64,000 nt of DNA from Marmoricola sp. (GCA_035708765.1 DASTFI010000017.1:607-64606); one strand, 5' to 3'; positions 17,425-28,305 are shown, numbered from the stretch's first letter. Notes: generated by a model not told the origin, from the letters alone. Made by a program: numbers and translations.

Positions 17425-17926
17425 CCAGCAGCTCCTGCAGCGCTGCGACGCACGTGGCGCGGCGGATCCCGGCACGGTCACCGGGGAGCCCGAGCCGGTG
17501 CACCGCCAGCCCGGTAGGGCCGCTGAGCCCCAGGTAGACCGTGCCGACGGGGCGGTCGTCCTGCGGGGTGGGGCCGGCCACCCCCGTCGTGGACAGCGCC
17601 CAGTCGGCGCCCAGCAGCCGGCGGACCCCGGTGGCCATCTGGCCGGCACAGTCGGCGGAGACCACCTGGGCGGCGGTCACCCCCAGCACGGACCGCTTGA
17701 CCTGGGTCGTATAGGACACCACGCCACCGGTGAAGGTCGCGGACGCACCGGGGGTGCCACTGAGCAGGTCGGCCAGTCCCCCGCCGGTCAGCGACTCCGC
17801 GCAGCACACCGTCTCGCCCCGGTCGACCAGGCGCGCGTGCACCCGGGCGGCGAGCTCGGTCGCGGCGGGCTCGGTCGCGGCGAGCTCGGTCGCGGCGGGC
17901 TCGGTCGCGGCGGGCTCCGGGGTCAT
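17411..17926 (-). CDS. cinA: CinA/PncC family nicotinamide-nucleotide amidohydrolase
   Basis: AESLTGG, PGAS...GGVVSY, STTGVAGP and PVGTV motifs. N-terminal 15-bp repeats (ATEPA/ATELA). Confidence 0.88.
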   Translation of the reverse strand: MTPEPAATEPAATELAATEPAATELAARVHARLVDRGETVCCAESLTGGGLADLLSGTPGASATFTGGVVSYTTQVKRSVLGVTAAQVVSADCAGQMATGVRRLLGADWALSTTGVAGPTPQDDRPVGTVYLGLSGPTGLAVHRLGLPGDRAGIRRATCVAALQELLDALG

Positions 17927-17978
17927 GACGGCCACGCTATCGCCGGCGCCCGGGACCGGCGCCGCTATGGTCGGTGGC

Positions 17979-19793
17979 ATGCCACTCGGGATCGAGGACT
18001 ACGCCATCGTCGGAGACCTGCACACGGTCGCGCTGATCGGGAGGAACGGCTCCGTCGACTGGTTCTGCCTGCCGCGGTACGACTCCGAGGCCTGCTTCGC
18101 CAACCTGCTCGGTGACGAGCACGGCAGCCGGTGGCTGTTGGGCCCGGTCGGCGAGCCCGGCACCGACTACCGGGCCGAGCGCGCCTACGTGCCGGGCACG
18201 ATGGTGCTGCAGACGACGTACCGGACCGAGACCGGCGAGGTCCGGGTCACCGACGTGATGCCGACCGGCGACCGGCGCGCCGACCTCGTCCGGCGGGTGG
18301 AGGGCATCCGGGGCACGGTGCTGATGGACCACCAGTGGGTGGTGCGCTTCGACTACGGCAAGGTGCGGCCCTGGGTACGCCGCCTGCGCCGGCACTTCGA
18401 GACCGGCCCCGAGGAGGTCATCGTCGCCACCGCCGGTCCGGACAAGCTCATCCTGGCAGGGCCCCGGCTGCCCCGCGCCCACGGTGGCCGGCACGAGGAC
18501 CGGTTCGAGGTCCACGAGGGCGACATGCTCGACTACTCGATGACGTGGGTGCCGTCCTACCGCGACGTACCGGCGCCGATCGACATCGACCGGCGCGTCG
18601 CGGACACGCTCACCGAGCAGCGCGCCTGGGCCGAGCACGTGGCCTACGAGGGACCCCACCGCGACGAGGTGATCCGCAGCCTCGTCACGCTGCGGGCGCT
18701 GACGCACGAGGACACCGGGGGCATCGTCGCCGCCGCGACGACGTCCCTGCCCGAGGAGTTCGGCGGGGAGCGCAACTGGGACTACCGGTTCTCCTGGCTG
18801 CGTGACGCCGCCCTCACCGTGGAGACGATGGTCGGCACCAACCGGGCCGAGCTGGCCCGGCCCTGGCGCAACTGGCTGCTGCGCGCCATCGCCGGCGACG
18901 CCGAGGACATGCAGATCATGTACACCGTCGACGGTTCCCGCCAGCTCCCCGAGCGCATCCTCGAGCACCTCGACGGCTACGCCGGCTCCCGCCCGGTGCG
19001 GATCGGCAACGGTGCCGTGGAGCAGCGCCAGACCGACGTGGTGGGCGAGGTGCTCAACGCCCTCTCGGTCGCCCGGCACGCGGGACTGAAGGAGACCAAG
19101 GAGAGCTGGTCGATGCAGCGTGCCCTGGTCGCCAACCTGGCCCGGACGTGGCAGCAGGCCGACAACGGCATCTGGGAGATCCGCGGGCCGCAGCGGCACT
19201 TCACGCACAGCCGGGTGATGGTCTGGGTCGCCTTCGACCGGATGGTCGACGGCGTCGAGAGCTTCGGCCTCGACGGCCCCGTCGAGGAGTGGCGCGAGCT
19301 GCGCGACAAGGTGCGCGACGAGGTGCTCAGCCAGGGCTTCGACTCGGAGCGCAACACCTTCACCCAGCACTACGACACCACTGAGGTGGACGCCTCGCTG
19401 CTGGTGCTGCCGCTGGTCGGTTTCGTCGCCGGCGACGACCCCAGGATGCTCGGCACGATCGCGGCGATCGAGGCAGACCTGCTGCGCGACGGGATGCTGG
19501 TCCGCTACCGGACCGCGAGCGGCATCGACGGCCTCGCCGGTGACGAGCACACGTTCATCGCCTGCACGTTCTGGCTGGTCTCGGCCTACACGATGGCCGG
19601 CCGCCTCGACGACGCCCGCGACCTGATGGCGCGGACCACGGCGCTGTGCAACGACGTCGGGCTGCTCAGCGAGGAGTACGACGTGGCCGGGAGCAGGATG
19701 GCCGGCAACTTCCCGCAGGCCTACTCCCACCTGACCCTGGTGCAGGCCGCCCGCCTGCTCGCCGCGGCGGCTCCGCAGATGGCAGCGTCGTAG
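17979..19793 (+). CDS. Glycoside hydrolase family 15 (trehalase/glucoamylase-like)
   Basis: IEDYAIVGD, TTSLPE...RNWDYRFSWLRD, GIWEIRG, LLSEE and GNFPQAYSH motifs. TATGGT -10 7 nt before ATG. Confidence 0.92.
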   Translation: MPLGIEDYAIVGDLHTVALIGRNGSVDWFCLPRYDSEACFANLLGDEHGSRWLLGPVGEPGTDYRAERAYVPGTMVLQTTYRTETGEVRVTDVMPTGDRRADLVRRVEGIRGTVLMDHQWVVRFDYGKVRPWVRRLRRHFETGPEEVIVATAGPDKLILAGPRLPRAHGGRHEDRFEVHEGDMLDYSMTWVPSYRDVPAPIDIDRRVADTLTEQRAWAEHVAYEGPHRDEVIRSLVTLRALTHEDTGGIVAAATTSLPEEFGGERNWDYRFSWLRDAALTVETMVGTNRAELARPWRNWLLRAIAGDAEDMQIMYTVDGSRQLPERILEHLDGYAGSRPVRIGNGAVEQRQTDVVGEVLNALSVARHAGLKETKESWSMQRALVANLARTWQQADNGIWEIRGPQRHFTHSRVMVWVAFDRMVDGVESFGLDGPVEEWRELRDKVRDEVLSQGFDSERNTFTQHYDTTEVDASLLVLPLVGFVAGDDPRMLGTIAAIEADLLRDGMLVRYRTASGIDGLAGDEHTFIACTFWLVSAYTMAGRLDDARDLMARTTALCNDVGLLSEEYDVAGSRMAGNFPQAYSHLTLVQAARLLAAAAPQMAAS

Positions 19794-19945
19794 GCAGCCG
19801 GACAACTCGGGACGAGACCACCCTTTCGGGCCATCCGGGCATGGCCACAATTGTCTAGCCCGGCTGCCGTGTCGGACAGTGGGATCCGTGCGTTGCGCCA
19901 GCGATCTGGCCAAACTGGCTGCAGGAACTCATCCCGGGAGGGACC

Positions 19946-20650
19946 ATGGGCGAGCCAGACACCGGACAGCACCAGAGCCCCGAGGCAGCGGCCGTCGAGA
20001 GGGCACGTGCCTACGCCGAGCAACGGCGCGCCGAGGCCCGCGCCCGGTTCGAGACGCCCTCCTGGATGGGCCCCGAGCGGTCGCACTCCGCAGCGACACC
20101 CAGCATTCCCCGCCAGCCGCCGCCGGCGCACGAGGCGCTCGCCCCCGAGCCGGACGTGCCCGCCGTGCCGGCCGGGCCGCCGATCCCCAGCCAGGGCCAC
20201 TGGGTCGAGGGCGCCGGCCCTCGGATGCTGGCCAGCCTGATGCTCGCCGTGTGCCTGGCGGGCGCGCTGGTGTGCTTGTTCCTCGCCGTCGCCACGGAGT
20301 CGGTGCAAGCGGTCGTCGGGCTGGTCGTCTGCGCGTTCTTCGCCGTGCTCTGCCGCGGGGCGATGATGTCGGCGGGCCTGGTCACGGTGGACCTCAAGGG
20401 GTCGATGCTGACCGTCCACCACGACGGCTACCTCGACACCTTCGACCTGGCCGGGCCGCTCCAGCTCGTGGAGCAGGTCGGCATGCCGGGGCGCCGTGGC
20501 TGGCAACTGCGGCTCGAGACCGCCGACGGGCGGGTCGTCGAGCTCGGCGGGCACCAGGTGGACGCGGTCGAGCTGCACCGCATCGTCGAGCACTACCGTG
20601 CCATGGCCACGCGTGAGCGCCGCGCCCGGGAGCGCCGCGACAACCGCTGA
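19946..20650 (+). CDS. Hypothetical membrane protein (2 TM helices + C-terminal soluble domain)
   Basis: GGGAGG RBS, Pro-rich N-terminus, two hydrophobic helices. Confidence 0.75.
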   Translation: MGEPDTGQHQSPEAAAVERARAYAEQRRAEARARFETPSWMGPERSHSAATPSIPRQPPPAHEALAPEPDVPAVPAGPPIPSQGHWVEGAGPRMLASLMLAVCLAGALVCLFLAVATESVQAVVGLVVCAFFAVLCRGAMMSAGLVTVDLKGSMLTVHHDGYLDTFDLAGPLQLVEQVGMPGRRGWQLRLETADGRVVELGGHQVDAVELHRIVEHYRAMATRERRARERRDNR

Positions 20651-20686
20651 GCGACCCCGGCTGGGGGCCGCGCCGCCACGCTGCCC

Positions 20687-21340
20687 TCAGCCGGCTCGGG
20701 CCGCCCGGCGTTGCCGCACGGCGTCGCGGGCGAACTCCAGGCCGGAGACGATGGTGAGCGCCACCGCCACCGCCATCAGGACGGCGGAGGCCCACCACAC
20801 CACGAGGCCGACGACGTCCCAGCCGCCGGTGAGGTCCTTGAAGGGTGCGACGAAGCCGCCCAGCGCGAGCGCCTGCGCCATCGTCTTGATCTTGCCGAGC
20901 TGGGCGGCCGGCATCACCACCTGTCGGGCGATCGAGAGCCGGGCGACGGTCACCGACCACTCCCGGACCAGCACCACGATCGTCACCCACCACCACAGCG
21001 CACCGATGACCGACAGCCCGATGAAGGCCATCCCGGTGATCGCCTTGTCCGCGATCGGGTCCGCGATCTTGCCGAAGTTGGTCACCAGGCCGTGCTTACG
21101 GGCCAGGTCACCGTCGACCTTGTCGGTGACCATGGCGACCACGAAGAGCAGGTAGGCGATCCAGCGCCACAACTGGTCCTCGCCGCCGTCGTGGAGCAGG
21201 GCCCAGGCGAAGAACGGCACCATCACGATGCGCAGGGTGGTCAGCGCGTTGGGGACGTTCCAGTTGCTGACCCGGGCCTCGTCGGTCTCGGCGGCGCCGT
21301 CCCCGGAGCCCGTGCGCGGGGTCGACTCCGGCCGGTTCAT
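20687..21340 (-). CDS. pgsA: CDP-diacylglycerol--glycerol-3-phosphate 3-phosphatidyltransferase
   Basis: NVPNALT..R and DKVDGDLAR...[10 protein letters not shown] motifs. rimO-pgsA synteny. Confidence 0.93.
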   Translation of the reverse strand: MNRPESTPRTGSGDGAAETDEARVSNWNVPNALTTLRIVMVPFFAWALLHDGGEDQLWRWIAYLLFVVAMVTDKVDGDLARKHGLVTNFGKIADPIADKAITGMAFIGLSVIGALWWWVTIVVLVREWSVTVARLSIARQVVMPAAQLGKIKTMAQALALGGFVAPFKDLTGGWDVVGLVVWWASAVLMAVAVALTIVSGLEFARDAVRQRRAARAG

Positions 21341-22806
21341 GCGGGCGCCCCGATCAGGTCGACGCCGAGGGAGTCGGTCACGGTGGCCCCGATCAGGTCA
21401 CCCACCCGGACCGACTCCGGCACGTCGACGACCAGCGTGCAGCCGTCGACCTCCGGACCCTGGCAGGCCGCCCGGCCCTCGGCGGTGCGCACCCCGCGCT
21501 CGTCGACCTCGACCGCCTCGACGAGCACCCCTACGCGTTCGCCGAGCCGTTCCTCGGCGCGCTGGGCGGTCAGCTGTTCGGCCAGCTCGGTGAGGTGGCT
21601 GACCCGCTCGGCGATCTCGTCGTCGGCCAGCTTGTCGGCGTACGACGCGGCCTCGGTGCCGTCCTCGTCGGAGTAGCCGAACACGCCGATGGCATCGAGG
21701 CGGGCCTCGGTGACGAACGCGCACAGGGTCGCGAAGTCGGCCTCGCTCTCGCCGGGGAAGCCGACGATGAAGTTGGAGCGGACGCCGGCCGCCGGCGCCT
21801 GGCGTCGGACGTCGTCGAGCAGGGCCAGGAACGACTCGGGGTCACCGAAGCGGCGCATGCGGCGCAGCACCGGGCCGGAGGCATGCTGGAACGACAGGTC
21901 GAAGTAGTCCGCCACGCCGTCGGTGGTCGCGATGGCGCTGACCAGCCCCGGCCGGGTCTCGGCCGGCTGCAGGTAGCTGACCCGGACCCGCTCGACGCCG
22001 TCGACCTCGACGAGCTCTGGCAGCAGCCGCTCGAGCAGGCGCAGGTCGCCGAGGTCCTTGCCGTAGGAGGTGGAGTTCTCACTGACCAGGAACAGCTCGC
22101 GGACCCCCTGCTCGCCCAGCCAGCGGGCCTCGTCGAGCACGTCGCTGGGGCGCCGCGAGACGAACGAGCCGCGGAAGCTGGGGATCGCGCAGAACGCGCA
22201 CCGACGGTCGCAGCCGGACGCCAGCTTGAGCGGCGCCATCGGGCCGGCGTCGAGACGCCGGCGCACCGTGCGGGGACCCGTGGCGGGCCCACCGGCACCG
22301 ATCTGGTCCAGGCCGTGCCCGGGCACCACCACGTCCACCGCGGCGCGGTCGACCGGCGAGATCGGCAGCAGCCTGCGCCGGTCGGACGGGGTGTGGGCGT
22401 GCTGCTCCTCGCCGGCGAGGATGCCTCGCAGCCGGGCGGCGATGTCGGGGTAGTCGTCGAAGCCGAGCACCGCGTCGGCCTCCGGCAGCGACCCGGCCAG
22501 CTCGGCGCCGTACCGCTCGGCCAGGCACCCCACCGCCACCACCGCCTGGGTGGTGCCCGCCCCCTTGAGGTCGGCGGCGGCCAGCAGCGTGTCGACGGAG
22601 TCCTTCTTGGCCGCCTCCACGAACCCGCACGTGTTCACCATCACGGTCTCGGCGTCGGCAGGGTCCGCCACGAGCCGGAAGCCGGCCGCCTCCAGGCGGC
22701 CGGCGAGCTCCTCGGAGTCCACCTCGTTGCGGGCACAGCCCAGGGTCACCATGGAGACGGTGTGCGGGTCGCCGGCAGGCGTCGGATGCAGGTCGGATGC
22801 GGTCAT
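21337..22806 (-). CDS. rimO: Ribosomal protein S12 methylthiotransferase (radical SAM)
   Basis: [24 protein letters not shown] and GPEVDG (TRAM) motifs. Confidence 0.93.
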   Translation of the reverse strand: MTASDLHPTPAGDPHTVSMVTLGCARNEVDSEELAGRLEAAGFRLVADPADAETVMVNTCGFVEAAKKDSVDTLLAAADLKGAGTTQAVVAVGCLAERYGAELAGSLPEADAVLGFDDYPDIAARLRGILAGEEQHAHTPSDRRRLLPISPVDRAAVDVVVPGHGLDQIGAGGPATGPRTVRRRLDAGPMAPLKLASGCDRRCAFCAIPSFRGSFVSRRPSDVLDEARWLGEQGVRELFLVSENSTSYGKDLGDLRLLERLLPELVEVDGVERVRVSYLQPAETRPGLVSAIATTDGVADYFDLSFQHASGPVLRRMRRFGDPESFLALLDDVRRQAPAAGVRSNFIVGFPGESEADFATLCAFVTEARLDAIGVFGYSDEDGTEAASYADKLADDEIAERVSHLTELAEQLTAQRAEERLGERVGVLVEAVEVDERGVRTAEGRAACQGPEVDGCTLVVDVPESVRVGDLIGATVTDSLGVDLIGAPA

Positions 22807-22831
22807 TGCACCCGATTATGACGGGTGCGGC

Positions 22832-24499
22832 TCAGCCGAAGGTCCGCGCACCCGGCGCCCCGGCCCTCCCGAGGGTGCCCCGGGCCTGGCCGACCACGGT
22901 CACCTCGACCGCTCCGGCGTTGTCGGCGCGCACCTCGAAGGGCGCGAGCCCGACGACCTTGCGGGTCTGGCCCTGGGCGAGCCGGCCCGACCAGAGGACC
23001 CTGCCCGTCCGGTCCTTCACCACGACCGTGGCAGGCGCGTGGGCCGCGGCGACCGTCATCGTGCGCAGCTTCATCCGCGGCGAGACGATCGGCTGGTGGT
23101 TGGCGGCGAGACCGGCCGTGGTGTCCTGGTCGGGGACCGCGACCTGCTCGGGGGCGTCGCTGAACATCCGGGCCACGCCCCACACGAGCATGAGGCACAG
23201 GACCGCCGCCACGAGCAGGCTCCAGCGGGGTCCGCCGGAGGCGGCGCGCATGCCGCCGCTGAGGCCGGTGGCGAGCTCGGCCTCGAAGACGCGGCGCGCG
23301 TTGATCGGGCCGTGGGCGTAGCGGTCGTCGTACTCCCGCATCAAGGGCGCCAGCTCGAGGCCGAGCGCCCGCGCCAGCGTCGTCAGGTGTCCGCGGGCGT
23401 AGAAGTCGCCGCCGCACGGGTCGAAGTCGTCGACCTCGATCGCCGCCAGCACGTGCGGCCGGATGCGGGTCCGTTCGCTGAGCTGGTCGATGGACAGCCG
23501 CACCCGCTCGCGGGCACGGGCGATGACCGGGCCGATCACGGGCTCGGGAGTGGCCGCCGGCCCGGCGTCGCGCGCCGGCTCGCCGGTGGCGTCGAACAGG
23601 AAGGTCTGCAGGCGCGGCGCCGCTGCTGCACGCGCCTCCCGGTCGTCTTCCCCGAGCTGCCCCGGAGCCGCCGGGACGGCGCGGCTGAGCTCTGCCCGCT
23701 GCGGCACCACGGGCTCGCGCAGCGGCAACACCGGGGCGACCTCGGGCCGGGTCTCCACCGGGGCCACGTCCACCTCGTGGGCCAGGGCCGGCTCCGGAGC
23801 CGCGGGGTCCGGGTCGTCGCCGATGAGCAGCGGCTCGTCGCCGGTGTCGACGTCCCGGACGGTGCCGTTGCCGACCCGGGAGACCAGCGCACCCAGGCGC
23901 GCCGGCACCTCCGTGAGCGACGCGAGATGCCGGCCGTGCAGCTCGACGACCTCGGTCCGCCCGGCAGCCAGCTCGCGCAGGTCGCCGACCGGGTCGTCGC
24001 CCGACGTGGTCGTAGTCATCGCCAGGGGCACGCCCAGGGAGGCGCCGTACCAGCGGCGGCTCCAGACGCCGTGCACCCGGCCGAACAAACCCAGGTCGGT
24101 GAGCTGGCCGGGGTCGCGCGGCTGCACCACGAGGCGCCCGTCGCGCAGCACCGACTCGGGCCGCTCCACGACGACCTGGCGCAGGGCGTCCCACGGCAGC
24201 CGCTGCCAGCCGGTGCCGACCCGCACGCGCACCCCCTCGTCGTCGGCCTCCAACAGCGGGTGCCGGGCGCCGGCGAGGGCGAACAGGTGGACGGCACCGA
24301 CCACGACAAGGGCGCCGCCCAGCACGACGTCGACGAGGCCGTTGCCGCGAGCAAGGAAGGCGACCCCGAGTACGCAGGCGAGCGCGCCCACGATGCCGAA
24401 CAGCGCCGCGTTGCGGCGGACGGTGAAGGACGGGCGGTGCGGCGGCTGCGCACCAGCCTGGACGGGTGACTGCTCCTGCTGGACCACGGGCTGGCTCAT
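22832..24499 (-). CDS. RodZ-like HTH/DUF4115 membrane protein with an extra N-terminal 2-TM + PH-like module
   Basis: LSIDQLSERTRIR...IE.DDF..CGGDFYARGH HTH, TM helix and C-terminal NAGAVEV domain. Located between ftsK and rimO. Confidence 0.8.
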   Translation of the reverse strand: MSQPVVQQEQSPVQAGAQPPHRPSFTVRRNAALFGIVGALACVLGVAFLARGNGLVDVVLGGALVVVGAVHLFALAGARHPLLEADDEGVRVRVGTGWQRLPWDALRQVVVERPESVLRDGRLVVQPRDPGQLTDLGLFGRVHGVWSRRWYGASLGVPLAMTTTTSGDDPVGDLRELAAGRTEVVELHGRHLASLTEVPARLGALVSRVGNGTVRDVDTGDEPLLIGDDPDPAAPEPALAHEVDVAPVETRPEVAPVLPLREPVVPQRAELSRAVPAAPGQLGEDDREARAAAAPRLQTFLFDATGEPARDAGPAATPEPVIGPVIARARERVRLSIDQLSERTRIRPHVLAAIEVDDFDPCGGDFYARGHLTTLARALGLELAPLMREYDDRYAHGPINARRVFEAELATGLSGGMRAASGGPRWSLLVAAVLCLMLVWGVARMFSDAPEQVAVPDQDTTAGLAANHQPIVSPRMKLRTMTVAAAHAPATVVVKDRTGRVLWSGRLAQGQTRKVVGLAPFEVRADNAGAVEVTVVGQARGTLGRAGAPGARTFG

Positions 24500-24500
24500 G

Positions 24501-27077
24501 TCACTGCTCCCCCTGGATGGACGCGACCACGTCATCGAGGTCGTCGGGCTTCACGAGCACGTCGCGGGCCTTCGAGCCCTCGCTGGGTCCGACGACGCCA
24601 CGGCTCTCGAGGATGTCCATGAGGCGTCCGGCCTTGGCGAAGCCGACGCGCAGTTTGCGCTGCAGCATCGACGTCGAGCCGAACTGGGTGCTCACCACGA
24701 GCTCCACCGCCTGGATGACCAGGTCCATGTCGTCGCCGATGTCGTCGTCGAGCTCGCGCCGGGACTGCTGCGGAGCGGTGACGTCCTCGACGTACGTCGG
24801 CTGCAGCTGGTCGGTGCAGGCCTTGACCACCTTGTGGATCTCGGCCTCGGTGACCCAGCTGCCCTGGATGCGGGCCGGCTTGGAGGCACCCATCGGCAGG
24901 AACAGCCCGTCGCCCTGGCCGACCAGCTTCTCCGCACCGGGCTGGTCGAGGATCACCCGGCTGTCGGCGAGGCTGGAGGTGGCGAACGCCAGCCGGGAGG
25001 GCACGTTGGCCTTGATCAGGCCGGTGACCACGTCGACGGACGGTCGCTGGGTGGCGAGCACCAGGTGGATGCCCGCGGCGCGGGCGAGCTGGGTGATCCG
25101 GACGATCGCATCCTCGACGTCGCGCGGCGAGACCATCATCAGGTCCGCGAGCTCGTCGACCACGACCAGGAGGTAGGGGTACGGCGCCAGCTTGCGCTCG
25201 CTGCCGGCCGGGAGCTCCACCTTGCCGTTGCGCACCGCCTTGTTGAAGTCGTCGATGTGCCGGAAGCCGAAGTTGGCCAGGTCGTCGTAGCGCAGGTCCA
25301 TCTCGCGCACCACCCACTGCAGCGCCTCGGCCGCCTTCTTCGGGCTGGTGATGATCGGGGTGATCAGGTGCGGGATGCCCTCGTAGGCGTTGAGCTCGAC
25401 GCGCTTGGGGTCCACCATGATCATCCGCACCTCGTCGGGCGTGGCACGCATCAGCACCGAGGTGATCATCGAGTTGATGAAGCTGGACTTGCCGGAGCCG
25501 GTCGCGCCGGCGACCAGCAGGTGCGGCATCTTCGCGAGGTTGGCGACCACGAAGCCGCCCTCCACGTCCTTGCCGAGGCCGGCCACCATCGGGTGGTGGT
25601 CGTTGCGCGCGGTGTTGGAGCGCAGCACGTCGCCCAGGGAGACGATCTCCTTGTCGGTGTTCGGGATCTCGACGCCGACCGCGGACCTGCCCGGGATGGG
25701 ACTGAGGATCCGCACGTCGGCGGAGGCGACCGCGTAGGCGATGTTCTTCTGGATGTTGGTGATCTTCTCGACCTTCACGGCCGGGCCCACCTCGACGATG
25801 TAGCGGGTCACCGTCGGTCCCCGGGTGTAGCCGGTGACCTGCGCGTCGATGTCGAACTCCTCGAACACCTGCTGCAACCGCTGGACGACCTCGTCGGAGG
25901 CCTTGGACCGCGGCTTGTGCGGCGTGCCGGGCTTGAGGACCTGGCTCTCGGGCAGGCAGTAGGCGATGTCACCGGAGAGCGAGAGCTGCTCGACCCGGGC
26001 CGGGATCGGCGTGTGCGGCGGCGGCTCGAGCTCCTCCTTCGCGGCGGGCTGATCGGCGTCCGCCGCCAGCTCCGCTGCGGGATCGCCCTCCGGCTGCTTC
26101 TTCCGGCGCCGCTTGTTGACCTCGCGGTCCTCCAGGAGAGGCGAGTCGTACGGCGGGTCGCCCAGGTCGGGGTCGACCTCGTCGTCGGCTCCCGTCGGGA
26201 GGACGCCGACGTGACGACGCCGCTTGAGCGCCACGGTGCCCTCGGTGTCCGGGCCCTCCGTCGCGACCTGGCGGCCGAGCAGCCGGTCGCGGGCCTCGCG
26301 CAGCCGCGCCGGCACCTGGTAGACGGGGGTGGCGGTCACCACCAGGAGGCCGAAGACGGCCAGCAGCAGCAGGATGGGCACCACGACGTACGGCGTCTGC
26401 AGCAGGTCGGTGAGCAGCTTGGCGACCACGAAGCCGAGCGCGCCGCCGGCCTGCTGGAGCGAGGAGGTGTCACCCTCGTGGGGCGCCGGCGAGCCGTTGG
26501 CGATGTGCACCACGCCGAGGACGCCGAGGACCAGGCAGGTCCAGCCGATCACCTGCCGGCCGGCCGGGCCGTTGCGCTCGGGGTCGCGGAGGTTGCGCCA
26601 GGCGACGAAGCAGAGCAGCAGCGGGACGAACCAGGCGAGCAGGCCGACCGAGCCGGCGACGACGCTGCGCACGGCGTGGAACACCGATCCGGGGAGCTGC
26701 CACCAGACCGAGGCGGCCACGACGAGGGCGAGCGCCACCATGAGCAGCCCGGCGCCGTCGCGGCGGTGCTCCGGCTCCAGGTCGCGAGCGCCCTGCCCGA
26801 GGTGGCGCACCCCGCTGCCGATCCCGCCGGCGACACCGGACCACACACCGGCGACGCCGTGGCCCAGGGCGGAGAACCCCCGTGCCACCGGCCCGGGGCC
26901 GCTGCGTACGGCCCGGGGGGCCGGACGTGCCTTGCTGGTCCGCTTCTTGGCAGGCTTGCGCCCGCCGCGGCTGGGGCTCTTGCTCCCCGACGCACGGCCT
27001 CGCGAAGTAGGGGCACGGCCCTTGCCGGACGTGCTCCTGCTGCGCGACGCCGTCGGGGAAGACGTACGGGTCGCCAT
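24501..27077 (-). CDS. ftsK: DNA translocase FtsK
   Basis: N-terminal TMs, GATGSGKS Walker A, VVDELADLM, ATQRPS and the gamma domain STSMLQRKLRVGF. Confidence 0.96.
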   Translation of the reverse strand: MATRTSSPTASRSRSTSGKGRAPTSRGRASGSKSPSRGGRKPAKKRTSKARPAPRAVRSGPGPVARGFSALGHGVAGVWSGVAGGIGSGVRHLGQGARDLEPEHRRDGAGLLMVALALVVAASVWWQLPGSVFHAVRSVVAGSVGLLAWFVPLLLCFVAWRNLRDPERNGPAGRQVIGWTCLVLGVLGVVHIANGSPAPHEGDTSSLQQAGGALGFVVAKLLTDLLQTPYVVVPILLLLAVFGLLVVTATPVYQVPARLREARDRLLGRQVATEGPDTEGTVALKRRRHVGVLPTGADDEVDPDLGDPPYDSPLLEDREVNKRRRKKQPEGDPAAELAADADQPAAKEELEPPPHTPIPARVEQLSLSGDIAYCLPESQVLKPGTPHKPRSKASDEVVQRLQQVFEEFDIDAQVTGYTRGPTVTRYIVEVGPAVKVEKITNIQKNIAYAVASADVRILSPIPGRSAVGVEIPNTDKEIVSLGDVLRSNTARNDHHPMVAGLGKDVEGGFVVANLAKMPHLLVAGATGSGKSSFINSMITSVLMRATPDEVRMIMVDPKRVELNAYEGIPHLITPIITSPKKAAEALQWVVREMDLRYDDLANFGFRHIDDFNKAVRNGKVELPAGSERKLAPYPYLLVVVDELADLMMVSPRDVEDAIVRITQLARAAGIHLVLATQRPSVDVVTGLIKANVPSRLAFATSSLADSRVILDQPGAEKLVGQGDGLFLPMGASKPARIQGSWVTEAEIHKVVKACTDQLQPTYVEDVTAPQQSRRELDDDIGDDMDLVIQAVELVVSTQFGSTSMLQRKLRVGFAKAGRLMDILESRGVVGPSEGSKARDVLVKPDDLDDVVASIQGEQ

Positions 27078-27142
27078 GGTCGTCAAGATACGGGGAAACC
27101 ACTCGTGTCCCACGCGTCACACGCCGGAGCGGCGCGCCGTGG

Positions 27143-27385
27143 TCAGGAGTAGCGATGGCTCCTGGCGCTGTGGCCCTGCTCGCGGGTGCAGGTGCGGCCG
27201 CTCATGTTGCGGTGTCCGCAGCGGGGACTCTCCTGCGCCTCCGGCTCGGTGGCGGGCGCCGGTGGCTCGGCGGCCGGAGCGGGTCGCGGCACGCTCCTGG
27301 CCCTGGCGCCGCCCTTCGCGGCCAGCTCCGCTGCCCGCTCGTAGCGGGCCTCCCGCATCGCCCGCAGGCCATCCATCTTGCTCAT
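27143..27385 (-). CDS. Small hypothetical protein with a C-terminal Cys/His motif
   Basis: 80 aa ending CGHRNMSGRTCTREQGHSARSHRY. Confidence 0.7.
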   Translation of the reverse strand: MSKMDGLRAMREARYERAAELAAKGGARARSVPRPAPAAEPPAPATEPEAQESPRCGHRNMSGRTCTREQGHSARSHRYS

Positions 27386-27420
27386 CGTCGGCTCACCCGA
27401 CCACTGTAGTCACCGTCGCG

Positions 27421-28293
27421 TCACGCCAGCGACGCGAACCACGGCACCACGACGAGCAACGTCGGCAGGAGAAGGACCGCGACCGCAGCCGTGAACAGCG
27501 CCGTCGCCTGCACCCGGTGGGTGCGTTCGTCGAGCAGCACCTCCAGTCGCGCCTGGAGCGTCGCGCCGTCGGTGGCACCGAGGGTCGCCTCCGGGGTCCC
27601 GGCGCTGGTGAGCGCACCGAGAGCCGCCACCAGCGGCCGCGCGCCGACCTGCTGCCGCGCCGCCCGGTCCGCCAGCACCTCGACCAGGAGCCGCACCTCC
27701 GCCAGCGCCCGTCGGCTGCTCAGCACGGCCGGGAACGCGTGTTGCAGCACCGTGAACGCCTCGAGGACCAGGTCGTGCCGGGCCCGCAGGTGCGCGCGCT
27801 CGTGGGCCAGGACCGCGGCGAGCTCGTCCGCGCCCAGCCGTTCGACGGCGGCCTCGGTGAGCACGATCCGGGCTCGTCGTACGCCCGGCAGGCACCAGGC
27901 CATCGGGGCGTCGGCCACCGGCAGCACCCGGGTGCCGAAGGGTGCGTCCCCGACGCTGAGCAGGTCGACCAGCTCGCTGTGCCGACGGCGCAGGGCGCGC
28001 AGCCGGGTGCCGACCACGTGGCCGGAGAGCAGCAGCCGACCGAGGACGAGCACGGTCACCGCCAGCCCGCCCGCCGCCACGGCGTACGAGGCAGACTCCT
28101 GCGCACCGAGTCCGTGCGCCGTGACCAGCGACAGGCCGGCGCCCAGGGCTGCCAGCACGGCCGCGAGCGCCACCGACTGCCACAGCGTCATCGCCGCCCG
28201 GGGAGTACGCCGCAGCGCCGGCGTCCGCCCCAGCAGCCACGGAACGGGACCGGCCAGCAGCAGCGCGACCAACGCCAGCACCAGGGTGGTCAC
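27421..28293 (-). CDS. M56 family membrane metallopeptidase (BlaR1/Rv1845c-like, no penicillin-binding domain)
   Basis: N-terminal TMs and AVLAHERAHL zinc motif. Follows a BlaI-family gene. Confidence 0.9.
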   Translation of the reverse strand: MTTLVLALVALLLAGPVPWLLGRTPALRRTPRAAMTLWQSVALAAVLAALGAGLSLVTAHGLGAQESASYAVAAGGLAVTVLVLGRLLLSGHVVGTRLRALRRRHSELVDLLSVGDAPFGTRVLPVADAPMAWCLPGVRRARIVLTEAAVERLGADELAAVLAHERAHLRARHDLVLEAFTVLQHAFPAVLSSRRALAEVRLLVEVLADRAARQQVGARPLVAALGALTSAGTPEATLGATDGATLQARLEVLLDERTHRVQATALFTAAVAVLLLPTLLVVVPWFASLA

Positions 28294-28305
28294 GCCGACC
28301 GCGGC

